The notes under the pieces were generated by a model. It was given only the letters and a program-made list of their open reading frames with translations, had not been told where the DNA came from and made no database searches. Shown here one piece after another: positions 1 through 11,180 of a stretch of 64,000 bases of DNA. Each line of letters begins with the position of its first letter. Positions within the stretch are counted from its first letter, which is position 1. Origin of the DNA: an uncultured Candidatus Rokubacteria bacterium (lineage in GTDB: Bacteria > Methylomirabilota > Methylomirabilia > Rokubacteriales > DASRDR01); NCBI GenBank assembly GCA_963805625.1, contig CAWDVE010000010.1:544001-608000 (forward strand), in the 5' to 3' direction. The position numbers and the translations under genes were made by a program.

Positions 1-649
<649 letters not shown>

Positions 650-664
650 CCGTGAGCTCCCGGC

Positions 665-1576
665 CTAGCCCTTCCCCAGGAGCCGGAGCAGGACGGCCTT
701 CTGCACGTGCAGCCGGTTCTCGGACTGGTCTAGGACCACGCTCCGCGGCCCGTCGAGAACGGCGTCGGTGATCTCCTCGCCGCGGTGCGCCGGGAGGCAG
801 TGCATCACGACCGCCCCGGGCTTCGCGAAGCCGACCACGCGGTCGTTCACCTGGTAGCGCGAGAACGCCTCCAGGCGGCGCTCCCGCTCGGCCTCCTGCC
901 CCATGCTGATCCAGACGTCGGTGTAGATCGCGTCGGCGCCGCGCGCCGCGTCGGGGACGTCGTCGGTGACGGTCACGCGCCCGCCCCACGCCCGGGCGGT
1001 CTCAAGGACCCGCCGGTCGGGCTCGAACCCCGGGGGCACGGCGACGACCATCTCCGTCCCGAGGAGCCCGGCCAGGAGGATGAGGGAGTGGCACACGTTG
1101 TTGCCGTCGCCGATCCAGGCCAGACGCAGGCGCCGGAGGTCGAGGCCCCGCTCCCACAGCGTGAAGAAGTCGGCCAGCGCCTGGCACGGGTGCTCGAAGT
1201 CCGAGAGGGCGTTCACCACCGGAATCCCTGCGTGCTGCGCAAGCTCGTCGACGGTCGCCTGGGCGAAGGTCCGCGCGGCCACGAGGTCGACCCACCGCCC
1301 GAGGTTCCGGGCCACGTCCGCGATCGATTCGCGCCGCCCGAGCCCGATGTCCTGCCCCGCAAGGTACACGGAGGCGCCCCCGAGCTGGGCCATGCCCACC
1401 TCGAAGGTGACGCGGGTCCGGAGCGACGGCTTCTCGAACACCAGAGCCAGCGAGTAGCCGGCGAGCGGGGTCCTCGCCTCGCGCGCCTTGGTCCGCGCTT
1501 TCCACTCGGCGGCGAGGCGGAACAACTCCTCAACATCCTTCGCGGAGAGGTCCGCGATCGAGAGCAGGCGCGTCAC
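665..1576 (-). CDS. argF: Ornithine carbamoyltransferase
   Basis: FEKPSLRTR, HPCQ, GDGNNV and HCLP motifs. Confidence 0.96.
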   Translation of the reverse strand: MTRLLSIADLSAKDVEELFRLAAEWKARTKAREARTPLAGYSLALVFEKPSLRTRVTFEVGMAQLGGASVYLAGQDIGLGRRESIADVARNLGRWVDLVAARTFAQATVDELAQHAGIPVVNALSDFEHPCQALADFFTLWERGLDLRRLRLAWIGDGNNVCHSLILLAGLLGTEMVVAVPPGFEPDRRVLETARAWGGRVTVTDDVPDAARGADAIYTDVWISMGQEAERERRLEAFSRYQVNDRVVGFAKPGAVVMHCLPAHRGEEITDAVLDGPRSVVLDQSENRLHVQKAVLLRLLGKG

Positions 1577-2775
1577 GGCTTGGTCTGCCGGAGCGCGTCC
1601 CCGACGATCGCGACGGCCCGGTCGGCGTCGTGCGCGTCCACGATGAGCGGGGGCGTCATGCGGAGGATCTTCTCACCCGCCGTCAGCACCAGAAGGCCCC
1701 GGTCGCGGCAGGCGTCCACGACCGGTCCCGCGGGGCGATCGAGGTCCATGCCGATCAGGAGACCCTTGCCCCGGACTTCCCGGATTGCCGGGAGTCCGGC
1801 CGCCAAGGCACGAAGCCGCCCGATGAGATGCGTCCCCACCCGGTCGGCGCGCTCGGGGAGCCGGTCCTCCATCATGGTCGTGAAGGTCGCCACCCCCACT
1901 GTCGTGGCGAAGGGATTGCCACCGAACGTCGTGCCGTGGCTGCCGGCCACCATCACGCGGGCGCAAGCCTCCCGCGCGATCATCGCGCCGATCGGGATCC
2001 CGCTGGCGAGCGCCTTCGCGAGCGTCATGACGTCGGGCTCCACGCCCCAGTGCTGGTACCCCCAGAGACGCCCCGTCCGTCCCATGCCAGTCTGGATTTC
2101 ATCGAACATGAGGAGCGCCCCGGTCTCGTCGCACAGCCGGCGGAGCACGGCGAGGTACCCGTCGGGGGCAACGTTGACGCCACCCTCCCCCTGGATCGGC
2201 TCGACCAGAATGGCCGCGGTCCGATTGTCCATTGCACGCTCGATCGCCTTGACGTCGCCGAAGGGAACGTACTTGAAGCCCGGCACGAGGGGCTCGAAGC
2301 CGTGCTGGTACTTCTCGGTGGGCGTCGCCGACAGGGCGCCGAGCGTCCGGCCGTGGAACGCGCCCCGCATGGTGATGATGTCGACCACGTCGGTGGCGCG
2401 AGTCTCCTTCGCGTACTTCCGCGCGAGCTTGATCGCCGCCTCGTTGGCCTCCGTGCCCGAGTTGCAGAAGAAGGCCCGGTCTCCGAACGAGTGGTCGACC
2501 AGGAGCTTCGCCAGGTGGATCTGGGACGGGATCTGGTAGAGGTTCGACACCTGGAGGAGAGCCGTGGCCTGCTCCCGGATCGCGCCGACGATCTTCGGGT
2601 GCGAGTGCCCGAGCGCGTCCACGGCGATCCCTCCGACGAAGTCGAGATACTCCTTGCCGTCAGTGTCCCAGACCCGCGCTCCCTCGCCGCGCACCAGGCA
2701 GAGCGGCGCCCGCGCGTAGTTCTGGAAGAGGTACTTGTTGCCCCACTCGAGAAGGGTTTTCGTATCCTGGCTCAT
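1573..2775 (-). CDS. argD: Acetylornithine aminotransferase (class III PLP)
   Basis: FFCNSGTEANEAAIK, FHGRT, EPIQGEGG, FDEIQTGMGRTG, TLAKALASG, HGTTFGGN; start at MSQD after GGAGG. Confidence 0.93.
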   Translation of the reverse strand: MSQDTKTLLEWGNKYLFQNYARAPLCLVRGEGARVWDTDGKEYLDFVGGIAVDALGHSHPKIVGAIREQATALLQVSNLYQIPSQIHLAKLLVDHSFGDRAFFCNSGTEANEAAIKLARKYAKETRATDVVDIITMRGAFHGRTLGALSATPTEKYQHGFEPLVPGFKYVPFGDVKAIERAMDNRTAAILVEPIQGEGGVNVAPDGYLAVLRRLCDETGALLMFDEIQTGMGRTGRLWGYQHWGVEPDVMTLAKALASGIPIGAMIAREACARVMVAGSHGTTFGGNPFATTVGVATFTTMMEDRLPERADRVGTHLIGRLRALAAGLPAIREVRGKGLLIGMDLDRPAGPVVDACRDRGLLVLTAGEKILRMTPPLIVDAHDADRAVAIVGDALRQTKP

Positions 2776-2844
2776 CGAGGCCTCCGGAAGCGGCATTCGC
2801 CGCGTGGGTTCGAAGGGAGACGCCAGCGGGGCCGCTTGGCCGGT

Positions 2845-2952
2845 CTAGCGGGCGGCGGCCCGGTCCACGTCGGGAGCCCCGGGATGTCGGCGGCGGGCAA
2901 CGCCCGGCCGCGACCCGGGGCCTGGCCTCATCCGGAGGAAGGTCGGAAGCAT
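2845..2952 (-). other. Candidate Arg-rich leader peptide (35 aa) upstream of argD
   Basis: MLPTFLRMRPGPGSRPGVARRRHPGAPDVDRAAAR*; ATG lies 10 nt downstream of a TACAAT -10 box. Confidence 0.3.
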
Positions 2953-2961
2953 GGCGGCGAT

Positions 2962-2990
2962 ATTGTACCCCACGCCTGGCGCGACAAGAA
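2962..2990 (-). promoter_or_regulatory. Putative sigma70 promoter for argD-argF-argG
   Basis: TTCTTG-17 nt-TACAAT on the minus strand. Confidence 0.5.
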
Positions 2991-3110
2991 CCACGTGGTC
3001 AGCCGGCCAGGCTGCGGCAGAGGCGGGACCCCCCGCGAGAGCGACTCGACCCCCACGCCCCACCCATCGATGTCAGGTCGGCTGGCGTACAATGCCCCTG
3101 GGCATCGGCC

Positions 3111-3260
3111 CTACTGGAGCGATATGCCGTGACGTGTGACGCCGGTCACCTTCCGCTCCCAGAACCACACCTGCACGCCCGAGGGGTCGTAGACGTAGAC
3201 GAACCGCAGCCGAGCGAGGTCTTCGGCCGAGAACTGCTCGAACCGGCCGCGGCTGTTCAT
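3111..3260 (-). pseudogene. 3' remnant of an unknown gene
   Basis: Translates GRFEQFSAEDLARLRFVYVYDPSGVQVWFWERKVTGVTRHGISLQ* with GC3-rich codons; abuts the neprosin remnant head-to-head. Confidence 0.4.
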
Positions 3261-3807
3261 CTACTTCACGCCCGACAACTATGGCTCCGGGGGGTGCTAC
3301 AACCTCACCTGCAGTGGCTTCGTCCAGGTGAACAACAGCATCTACATCGGCGGGGGCTTCACGAACATCAGCACGCACCCTCACCCCGGCACCGCCTGGG
3401 AGTTCACCGTGCGCTGGCAGCGTCATGGCGACACGGGTGACTGGTGGCTCAAGTACGGCGACACGTGGGTCGGCTATTATCCCTCAGAGCTATTCGACGA
3501 CAACGGGCTCAGGCCTCGGGGCAACAAGGCGTCTTTCTACGGCGAGATCATCGACGAGCAGACGGAGGACCGTCACACCCACACCGACATGGGCAGCGGC
3601 CACTTTCCGGGCGACGGTTTCGGCTACGCCGCCTACCAGCGCCAGATCCGCACCATCACCACGGGCAACGTCTGGAACATCCGGCCCGCGCTGACCGCCG
3701 ACCGAACCGATGCCGACTGCTACGACATCGCGATACAGAGCAGCTCCGACAGCTGGGAGCGCTACTTCTACTTCGGCGGACCGGGCAACAACGCCCACTG
3801 CCGGTGA
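3241..3807 (+). pseudogene. 5'-truncated neprosin-like (DUF239, family G3 glutamic peptidase) domain
   Basis: PRLFIYFTPDNYGSGGCYNLTCSGFVQVN...WWL...VGYYP..LF...FYGEI...TDMGSGHFP...CY...YFYFGGPG; in-frame TAG stops at 3190 and 3196 and no start before the conserved region. Confidence 0.8.
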
Positions 3808-3894
3808 CAGCCCCCGGCGGGCGCCGTTCGGCCGCGTCGATGTGGCCCGCTCTGGGCTGCCCCCGAAATGGGCCGGATCGCGGGGAAGGAGACC

Positions 3895-3920
3895 GCTCGG
3901 CGAGCCATGGCTCGCCGAGC
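3895..3920. terminator. Perfect 26-bp palindrome between convergent neprosin remnant and argB
   Basis: GCTCGGCGAGCCATGGCTCGCCGAGC is its own reverse complement, just past the argB stop. Confidence 0.5.
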
Positions 3921-3927
3921 CACCCGC

Positions 3928-4794
3928 CTACAGCACGATCTCGGTCCCGATGCCTTCCTTCGTGAAGATCTCCAGCAGGATCGCGTGGGGGATGCGGCCG
4001 TCCAGGATGTGGGCCTTGGCGGTCCCGGCCTCCAGCGCCCGGAGCGAGGACTCGACCTTCGGCAACATGCCGCCGTCGATCACCCCGGCGGCCACGAGGC
4101 GCCGCGCCTCCGCCTGCGACAGGGTCGAGATCAGGTCGCCGCCGGGCCCCTTGATCCCTTCGACGTCAGTCAGGTGGATGAGCTTCTCGGCCTGGAGCGC
4201 GGCGGCGACCTCGCCGGCGACCAGATCCGCGTTGATGTTGTAGCTCTCTCCGCCGTCACCGACGCCGACGGGGGCGATCACCGGGATGAACCCGTGCTCG
4301 TCGAGGAGGCGGATCGGTTCGGGGTTCACGTGCGTCACGTCGCCCACCAGCCCGATGTCGAGCTCCTCTCCCGTCGGCGTGCGGTGCACCCGCCGACGGG
4401 CCCGGATCAGCGTGCCGTCCTTGCCCGAGAGCCCCACCGCCTTGCCGCCGTGGTGGTTGATCAGGCCGACAATCTCCTTGTTGATCCGGCCGACGAGGAC
4501 CATCTCGACGATCTCCATCGTCTCCTCGTCGGTGACGCGCATGCCCCCCACGAACCGCGGCTCCTTGCCGAGGCGCTTCATCATCGCCCCGATCTGGGGC
4601 CCGCCCCCGTGCACGATCACCGGGTTCATGCCGACGTACTTGAGGAGGACTACGTCGCGGGCGAACCCCTCGGCCAGCTGCGGGGACTCCATCGCGTGGC
4701 CCCCGTACTTGATGACGAGGGTCTTCCCCCAGAACGCCCGAATGTAGGGCAAGGCGTCCATGAGGGTGCCAGCCTTTTCGATCAGCCTCTCCAT
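3928..4794 (-). CDS. argB: Acetylglutamate kinase
   Basis: [36 protein letters not shown]. Confidence 0.96.
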   Translation of the reverse strand: MERLIEKAGTLMDALPYIRAFWGKTLVIKYGGHAMESPQLAEGFARDVVLLKYVGMNPVIVHGGGPQIGAMMKRLGKEPRFVGGMRVTDEETMEIVEMVLVGRINKEIVGLINHHGGKAVGLSGKDGTLIRARRRVHRTPTGEELDIGLVGDVTHVNPEPIRLLDEHGFIPVIAPVGVGDGGESYNINADLVAGEVAAALQAEKLIHLTDVEGIKGPGGDLISTLSQAEARRLVAAGVIDGGMLPKVESSLRALEAGTAKAHILDGRIPHAILLEIFTKEGIGTEIVL

Positions 4795-4826
4795 GCCGCT
4801 CGTCACGGTCTCTCGGCGACCTCCCA

Positions 4827-6200
4827 TCAGAGGATGTATCGGCTCACGTCGTCGTCCCCGATGATATCCGCCAGCCGCGCGTGCACGAAGCCCGCGTCGA
4901 CCGTCACCGTCTTGCCGGCGAGATCGGGGGCCTGAAAAGAGACATCCTCCAGGACACGCTCGAGGATCGTGTAGAGGCGCCGGGCGCCGATGTTCTCGGC
5001 GCGCTCGTTCACCCGGGTGGCGATCTCCGCGACGGCCTCCACGGCATCCGTGGTGAAGTCGAGCGTCACACCCTCGGTTCGGAGGAGCGCCGTGTACTGC
5101 TTGATGAGGGCGCTCTCCGGCTCGGTCAGGATCCGGACGAAGTCGGCGCGCGAGAGCGGCTCGAGCTCCACCCGGATGGGGAACCGTCCCTGGAGCTCCG
5201 GGATGAGGTCCGCCGGCTTCGCCACGTGGAACGCCCCGGCGGCGACGAAGAGCACGTGGTCGGTCCGCACCACACCGTACTTGGTGGTCACGGCGGTCCC
5301 CTCGACGATCGGCAGGAGGTCACGCTGGACGCCCTCTCGCGACACGTCCGGCCCCTGACCGCGTTCCCGTCCCGCGATCTTGTCGATCTCGTCCAGGAAC
5401 ACGATGCCCGAGTCCTGGACACGCCGGATCGCCTGGCTGGCGACCTCGTCCACGTCGATGAGCTTCTGCGTCTCCTCCTGGATGAGGAGGCGCCTCGCCT
5501 CCGACACCCGGACCTTCCGAAGCTTCGTGCGCGTGGGCAGCATGTTCCCGAGCATGTCACGCAGGTTCTGGTCCATCTCGCCCATGCCCGCCCCGGCGAA
5601 CATCTCCATCACCGGCATGCCCTGGGTCCGCACTTCCAGCTCGATTTGGCGATCGTCGAGGCGGCCCGAGCGGAGCTGCTCGCGGAGCTTCTCCCGCGTG
5701 GCGGCGCCGCTGGCCTCCGCGGAGACCGGCTCCAGGGTGCCGAGCCCGACGGCGTCCCGGATGCGGGCGCGCGGCAGGAGGAGCTCGAGGAGCCGCTCCT
5801 CGGCCGCCTGGGCGGCCCGCTCGGCGACGCTCTCGGCCATCTCGCTCTTGACCATGTTGACGCCGAGCTCAGTCAGGTCGCGGATCATCGACTCGACGTC
5901 CCGGCCGACGTAGCCCACCTCGGTGTACTTCGAGGCCTCCACCTTGATGAACGGCGCCTGGGCGAGCCGGGCGAGCCGCCGCGCGATCTCTGTCTTCCCG
6001 ACGCCCGTGGGTCCAATCATGATGATGTTCTTCGGTGCCACCTCGTCCCGGAGCTCCGGCGGGAGGTTCTGGCGCCGCCAGCGATTCCGGAGCGCGATGG
6101 CGACCGCGCGCTTCGCCCGGCCCTGCCCGACCACGTAGCGATCGAGCTCGACCACGATCTGGGCGGGTGTCAGCTGCCCCCCGTCGAGTCGGCCTGTCAC
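4827..6200 (-). CDS. hslU: ATP-dependent protease ATPase subunit HslU
   Basis: [44 protein letters not shown]; GTG start overlaps hslV stop. Confidence 0.97.
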   Translation of the reverse strand: MTGRLDGGQLTPAQIVVELDRYVVGQGRAKRAVAIALRNRWRRQNLPPELRDEVAPKNIIMIGPTGVGKTEIARRLARLAQAPFIKVEASKYTEVGYVGRDVESMIRDLTELGVNMVKSEMAESVAERAAQAAEERLLELLLPRARIRDAVGLGTLEPVSAEASGAATREKLREQLRSGRLDDRQIELEVRTQGMPVMEMFAGAGMGEMDQNLRDMLGNMLPTRTKLRKVRVSEARRLLIQEETQKLIDVDEVASQAIRRVQDSGIVFLDEIDKIAGRERGQGPDVSREGVQRDLLPIVEGTAVTTKYGVVRTDHVLFVAAGAFHVAKPADLIPELQGRFPIRVELEPLSRADFVRILTEPESALIKQYTALLRTEGVTLDFTTDAVEAVAEIATRVNERAENIGARRLYTILERVLEDVSFQAPDLAGKTVTVDAGFVHARLADIIGDDDVSRYIL

Positions 6201-6736
6201 AGCTCCTCCACCGTCACCTGGTCGTTCGTGTAGACGCAGATCCCGGCCGCAACCCGCATGGACTCGACGGCGATCGCCTTGGCATCGAGCGCGGAGTGCG
6301 CGACGAGCGCGCGCGCTGCGGCCAGCGCGAATGGGCCGCCGGAACCGATTCCGATGAGCCCATCGTCCGGTTCGATCACCTCGCCCGTCCCCGACACGAT
6401 GAACGAGGCGTCGGCGTCCGCGACGGCCAGGAGCGCCTCGAGCCGGCGCAAGACGCGGTCGCTCCGCCACTCCTTGGCCAGCTCGACCGCCGCGCGCCGG
6501 AGGTTGCCGCGGTGCTCCTCGAGCCGCGCTTCGAACCGCTCGAACAGCGTGAAGGCGTCGGCGGCCGCGCCGGCGAACCCGGCGAGCACACGGTCGTGGT
6601 GGACGCGGCGCACCTTGCGCGCGGTGTGCTTCACGATCGTCGCGCCGAGGCTCACCTGCCCGTCCCCGGCCATCGCGACCCGTCCAAGGTGCCGGATGGA
6701 GACGACCGTCGTCGCGTGAAACGTCGCGGCGTCCAT
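6197..6736 (-). CDS. hslV: ATP-dependent protease peptidase subunit HslV
   Basis: HATT (N-terminal Thr), [27 protein letters not shown]. Confidence 0.96.
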   Translation of the reverse strand: MDAATFHATTVVSIRHLGRVAMAGDGQVSLGATIVKHTARKVRRVHHDRVLAGFAGAAADAFTLFERFEARLEEHRGNLRRAAVELAKEWRSDRVLRRLEALLAVADADASFIVSGTGEVIEPDDGLIGIGSGGPFALAAARALVAHSALDAKAIAVESMRVAAGICVYTNDQVTVEEL

Positions 6737-7635
6737 CACGCCTTCGCGCGCGGATGGGCCGCGTCGTAGACCTTCGCGAGCCGGTCCGTGCTCACGTGCG
6801 TGTAGCGCTGGGTTGTCGCCAGCCGGGCGTGCCCGAGGAGCTCCTGGATCAGGCGGAGATCCGCGCCGGCGTCCAGGAGGTGGGTCGCGAAGGTGTGGCG
6901 GAGCGTATGGGGCGTCACGCGCCCGGCGAGCCCCGCGGCCCGCGCGCGCGCCCGGACGATCCGGTGGAGGCTCCGCACCGTGAGGCGCCCGCCTCGGGAA
7001 TTCCGGAAGAGCGCCCCCCGGGCGGCCTCGCGCGTGCCGAGGTACGTGCGGAGCGACTCGACGGCCTTGGTGCCGAGCGGGACGATGCGCTCCTTGCGGC
7101 CCTTGCCGAGGACCCGCACGCTGCCCTCGCGGAGGTCCACATCCTCGATGTCGAGCCCGGACAGCTCCGCGACACGTACCCCGCTGGCGTAGAGCACCTC
7201 CAGGATCGCCCGGTCCCGCCGGTCCGCCTCCTCGTCGCCGGGAGGCTGCCGGAACAGCGCCTCGCTCTGGTCGATCGGGAGGTGCGCCGGCAGGCGGCCG
7301 GGAAGGCTCGGCGTCCGCACCTCGCGAGCCGGATTCACCCGCGCGCGTCCGCGCCGGATCAGGAAGCGAAAGAAGCTCCGGAGGGTCGCGAGGCGGCGCG
7401 CGATCGACGTCCGCGCGAGTCCCCGGTCGTGGAGATCCGCGAGGTATCCGCGGACCACGCGCGCGTCCGCGTCCGAGAGCGCGCCCAGCCCCCGACGCTC
7501 GAGAAACCCGAGACAGTCCAGGAGGTCGGCCCGGTAGCTCCGAACCGTGTGCGGTGAGGCTCCCCGCTCGGCTGCGAGATACCGGAGGAACGCGGCCACC
7601 GCCGGGCCGCCCTGCACGCTGCCGGCCGGCTTCAC
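6736..7635 (-). CDS. xerC: Tyrosine recombinase XerC
   Basis: [39 protein letters not shown]; conserved topA-xerC-hslVU synteny. Confidence 0.9.
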   Translation of the reverse strand: MKPAGSVQGGPAVAAFLRYLAAERGASPHTVRSYRADLLDCLGFLERRGLGALSDADARVVRGYLADLHDRGLARTSIARRLATLRSFFRFLIRRGRARVNPAREVRTPSLPGRLPAHLPIDQSEALFRQPPGDEEADRRDRAILEVLYASGVRVAELSGLDIEDVDLREGSVRVLGKGRKERIVPLGTKAVESLRTYLGTREAARGALFRNSRGGRLTVRSLHRIVRARARAAGLAGRVTPHTLRHTFATHLLDAGADLRLIQELLGHARLATTQRYTHVSTDRLAKVYDAAHPRAKA

Positions 7636-9890
7636 GCGCTCTCGATCTCGCGCCGGTAGTCGCAACCCTCGCGCCAGCACGCGACGAAGCGCTTGCCCCG
7701 CCCCCCACGCTGCGTTAGGAACGGCGCGCCGCACTTCGGGCACGGAGTGACGACCGGCCGCTGCCAGACGACGAAGCGGCAGGTCGGGAAGTTCGCGCAG
7801 CCGAAGTACGCACGGCCCCGCTTCGAGCGCCGCTCGGTCAGCTCCCCGCCGCAGCCCTCCTGGGGGCACGGGATGCCCATCGTGATCGGCTTGAGGTTCT
7901 TGCACTCGGGATATCCCGAGCAGCCGATGAACCGGCCGTAGCGGCTCTGCTTGTAGACCATGGGACGGCCGCACTTGTCACAGGTGATGCCGGCCGGCTC
8001 GGGCTCTGCCTGGGCACTCTCCCCCAGGTTCCGCGTGTACTTGCAGTCCGGGTAGCGCTCGCACGCCAGGAATCGGCCGAAGCGCCCCCACTTCTCGAGG
8101 AGCTTGCCCTCGCCGCACGTGGGGCAGGTCTCGTCGGTGGCTTTGCCCTTCTTGAGGTCTTCCATCTCGATGCCGGCTTGCTTCAGGTCCTTGGCGAAGG
8201 GTACGTAGAACTGGCGCACCGTCTCGACCCACTTCCGGTCCCCTTCCTCGATCTCGTCGAGGGACTCCTCCATCTGGGCGGTGAACGCCACCTCGAAGAT
8301 GTCGGGGAAGGCCTTGACTAGGAGGTCGGTCACCGTCTCCCCCAGCTCGGTCGGGGACAGGGCACCTCGCTCCTTCTGGACGTACTCGCGCTTCTGAATC
8401 GTCGTCAGGATCTGAGCGTAGGTCGAGGGTCGGCCGATGCCCTTTTCCTCGAGCTCCTTTACCAGCGAGGCCTCCGTATAGCGAGGCGGCGGCTGCGTGA
8501 AGTGCTGCTTCGGCTCGAGTCGGACAAGGCCGAGACGCTGCCCTGCCTCGAGAGGAGGCATGCCCGACACCTCGGACTCGATCTCGTCGGGAGCCGCCGG
8601 CGCCACGGACTCGTCGGGCGCCTCGATGTAAACGGCCATGAAGCCCGGAGCGCGAAGGTGAGAGCCCAGCGCGCGGAAGAGGTACGGCCCGGCCGTCACG
8701 TCGACGGTGAGCGTGTCGTAGACGGCCGCGCGCATCTGGCTCGCCAGGAACCGGTCCCAGATCAGCCGGTAGAGCGCGAGCTGATCCCGGCTCAGATGGC
8801 GGGCCAGACGCTCGGGCGGCTGATCGAGGAGGGAGGGCCGGATCGCCTCATGGGCCTCCTGGGCCGACTTACGGGCGCGGTAGAAGGGCGGCCGGTCGGG
8901 CAGGGTTTCCACGCCGTACCGCGCCGCGATCACGTCGCGGGCCACCGCCTGCGCTTCGGCGGCCACCCGGGGCGAGTCGGTCCGCATGTACGTGATGAGG
9001 CCGACCGCGCCCCCCTCGCCGATGTCGACCCCCTCGTAGAGCTGCTGGGCGACCATCATGGTCTTCGAGGCCGAGAAGCGGAGCTTCCGCGCAGCGTCCT
9101 GCTGGAGGGTCGAGGTGATGAAGGGCGGTGACGGGTTTTTCCGCCGCTCGCCCCGATCGACCGTCTTGACCACGAACGTCGCGCGCTCCAGTTCGGCGAC
9201 GATGGCCTGGGTCTCGGCTCCGGTGGACGGGACGATCTTCTCGCCGGCCTTCTCCCGGAGCGTGGCGACGAACTCGGGCGGCAGGGCGGCGGCCAGGTAG
9301 GCGTGGAGGCTCCAGTACTCCTGGGGCACGAAGGCCCGGATCTCTCGCTCCCGCTCGCAGATCAGCCGGACCGCGACCGACTGGACGCGGCCGGCCGACA
9401 GACCCCGGCGGACGCGCTCCCACAGGAGCGGGCTGATCTTGTAGCCCACGAGCCGGTCGAGGACACGTCGGGCCTGCTGGGCGTCCACCCTCTTCTGGTC
9501 GATCCGCCCCGGATCCTTGAAGGCGGCCTTGACGGCCTTCTCGGTGATCTCGTTGAAGAGCACGCGGAAGACTCGCTCCGGCGGGAGTCCGATCTCCTGC
9601 GCGATGTGCCAGCCGATCGCCTCGCCCTCGCGGTCGGGGTCCGTCGCGATGTAGAGCGCCTTGGCCCTCTTGCCAACACGCTTGAGCTCGTCCAGCGTCT
9701 TGGTCTTCGTGCGGACGGGGACGTATTGAGGCGCGAAGCTCTTCTTGACGTCGATACCGAGCTTGCTCTTCGGCAAATCCTTCAGGTGGCCGAGCGAGGC
9801 CTTCACCACGTACCCCCGGTCGAGGTACTTCTGGATGGTCTTCACCTTGGTGGGTGACTCGACCACGACCAGGGACGTCCGTCCTGCCAC
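7632..9890 (-). CDS. topA: DNA topoisomerase I (type IA) with C-terminal Zn ribbons
   Basis: [37 protein letters not shown], repeated Cys pairs. Confidence 0.97.
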   Translation of the reverse strand: MAGRTSLVVVESPTKVKTIQKYLDRGYVVKASLGHLKDLPKSKLGIDVKKSFAPQYVPVRTKTKTLDELKRVGKRAKALYIATDPDREGEAIGWHIAQEIGLPPERVFRVLFNEITEKAVKAAFKDPGRIDQKRVDAQQARRVLDRLVGYKISPLLWERVRRGLSAGRVQSVAVRLICEREREIRAFVPQEYWSLHAYLAAALPPEFVATLREKAGEKIVPSTGAETQAIVAELERATFVVKTVDRGERRKNPSPPFITSTLQQDAARKLRFSASKTMMVAQQLYEGVDIGEGGAVGLITYMRTDSPRVAAEAQAVARDVIAARYGVETLPDRPPFYRARKSAQEAHEAIRPSLLDQPPERLARHLSRDQLALYRLIWDRFLASQMRAAVYDTLTVDVTAGPYLFRALGSHLRAPGFMAVYIEAPDESVAPAAPDEIESEVSGMPPLEAGQRLGLVRLEPKQHFTQPPPRYTEASLVKELEEKGIGRPSTYAQILTTIQKREYVQKERGALSPTELGETVTDLLVKAFPDIFEVAFTAQMEESLDEIEEGDRKWVETVRQFYVPFAKDLKQAGIEMEDLKKGKATDETCPTCGEGKLLEKWGRFGRFLACERYPDCKYTRNLGESAQAEPEPAGITCDKCGRPMVYKQSRYGRFIGCSGYPECKNLKPITMGIPCPQEGCGGELTERRSKRGRAYFGCANFPTCRFVVWQRPVVTPCPKCGAPFLTQRGGRGKRFVACWREGCDYRREIESA

Positions 9891-9900
9891 GCTTCCTCCT

Positions 9901-11010
9901 CTAGCTCCGGACGTACCGCTGTCCGGCGATCCGGCGTACCAGCCCGCGCAGCTCGAGGGCCATGAGGCCCGCCGACACCTGGCCCGCCGAGAGCCGACTC
10001 CGCTCCACCACCGCGTCGACCGCGACCGGCTCGTCCCCCAGCAACGCGAGGATTGCCCGCTCCTCGAGCCCGTCCGCGGCCCCGGTCTCGGGCTCCGCCG
10101 ACGGCCTGCGCGCAGGAAGCGGTCGCAGCGCCCCTCGCCACTCCCGGGGCCACTCCGCCACGACGTCCTCCCAGCCCTGGACGAGCTTCGCGCCGTCCTG
10201 GATCAGGCTGTTCGTACCCTGGCTCCCGGCAGCCGACACGTTCCCGGGCACCGCGTAGACCTCCCGGCCGAGCTCTCCGGCCAAACGGGCGGTGATGAGC
10301 GCCCCACTCCGCTCCGCGGCTTCGACGACCACGGTGCCCAGCGTGAGACCCGCGATGACCCGGTTCCGCGCCGGGAAGTGGTAGGGCAGCGGGGCCGTTC
10401 CCATCGGGAACTGCGATACCATGGCGCCGGCCTTCACGACCTCGGCCGCCAGCCCACGGTTCTCGGGTGGATACACCACGTCCACACCCGAGCCCAGGAC
10501 GGCCAGCGTCCGGCCTCCGGTGTCGAGGGCTCCCCGGTGGGCGGCCGTGTCGACCCCCCGTGCCAAGCCGCTCACGACGGTCACCCCGCGGCCACCCAGG
10601 TCCGCCCCCAGCTGCTCGGCCATTCGAAGCCCGTAAGGCGTCCCGCGGCGCGAGCCGACGATGGCTATGGCCAGTCCGTCCTCGCGAAGGATCTCGCCCC
10701 GAACCAGCAGAAACGGCGGGGGCAGGTCGATCGGGCGGAGCGACACGGGATACTCCGGGTCTCCGAGGAGCACCAAGCGCGCACCGCACCGAGCGGCGGC
10801 CGCCGCCTGCTGGCGTGCTGCTTGCCGCCAGTCGAAGCCGGTGACCCCCCTGGCCGTCTCCTCACCCACCTCGGCAGCGAGAGCGCGGCCGGACGTCCCG
10901 AAGAGGTCGGCGGGCGGCCCGAGGCGCAGGAGGTCGTGGTAGCGCCGCGAATTCCCCGCGACTTCGGGGACCAGAGCCAGCGACACCCACGCCCATCGCT
11001 CGTCGGCCAT
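9901..11010 (-). CDS. dprA: DNA-processing protein DprA
   Basis: AIVGSR, VSGLARGVD, FPARNRVIAG, VVVEAAERSGALITA. Confidence 0.95.
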   Translation of the reverse strand: MADERWAWVSLALVPEVAGNSRRYHDLLRLGPPADLFGTSGRALAAEVGEETARGVTGFDWRQAARQQAAAAARCGARLVLLGDPEYPVSLRPIDLPPPFLLVRGEILREDGLAIAIVGSRRGTPYGLRMAEQLGADLGGRGVTVVSGLARGVDTAAHRGALDTGGRTLAVLGSGVDVVYPPENRGLAAEVVKAGAMVSQFPMGTAPLPYHFPARNRVIAGLTLGTVVVEAAERSGALITARLAGELGREVYAVPGNVSAAGSQGTNSLIQDGAKLVQGWEDVVAEWPREWRGALRPLPARRPSAEPETGAADGLEERAILALLGDEPVAVDAVVERSRLSAGQVSAGLMALELRGLVRRIAGQRYVRS

Positions 11011-11180
11011 CGTTACCGTCCCGAGCGTCGTCACACCCCGCTCAATAGCACTAAACACGTGCAAAGCAAACGCCATGATATACACCCCGTGCGAGCGACG
11101 TCAAGAAAACGGACGGTCGAGGGCCGCAGCGAGGTGAAAGAATTCGCCCGGTTTGACAGAGAGTTGAGCCTGATCCCCTA

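Noticed and set aside
6736-7635. Tyrosine recombinase as a phage or island integrase
   Set aside because: Sits in the conserved topA-xerC-hslVU block with overlapping start/stop codons; no att sites or cargo seen.
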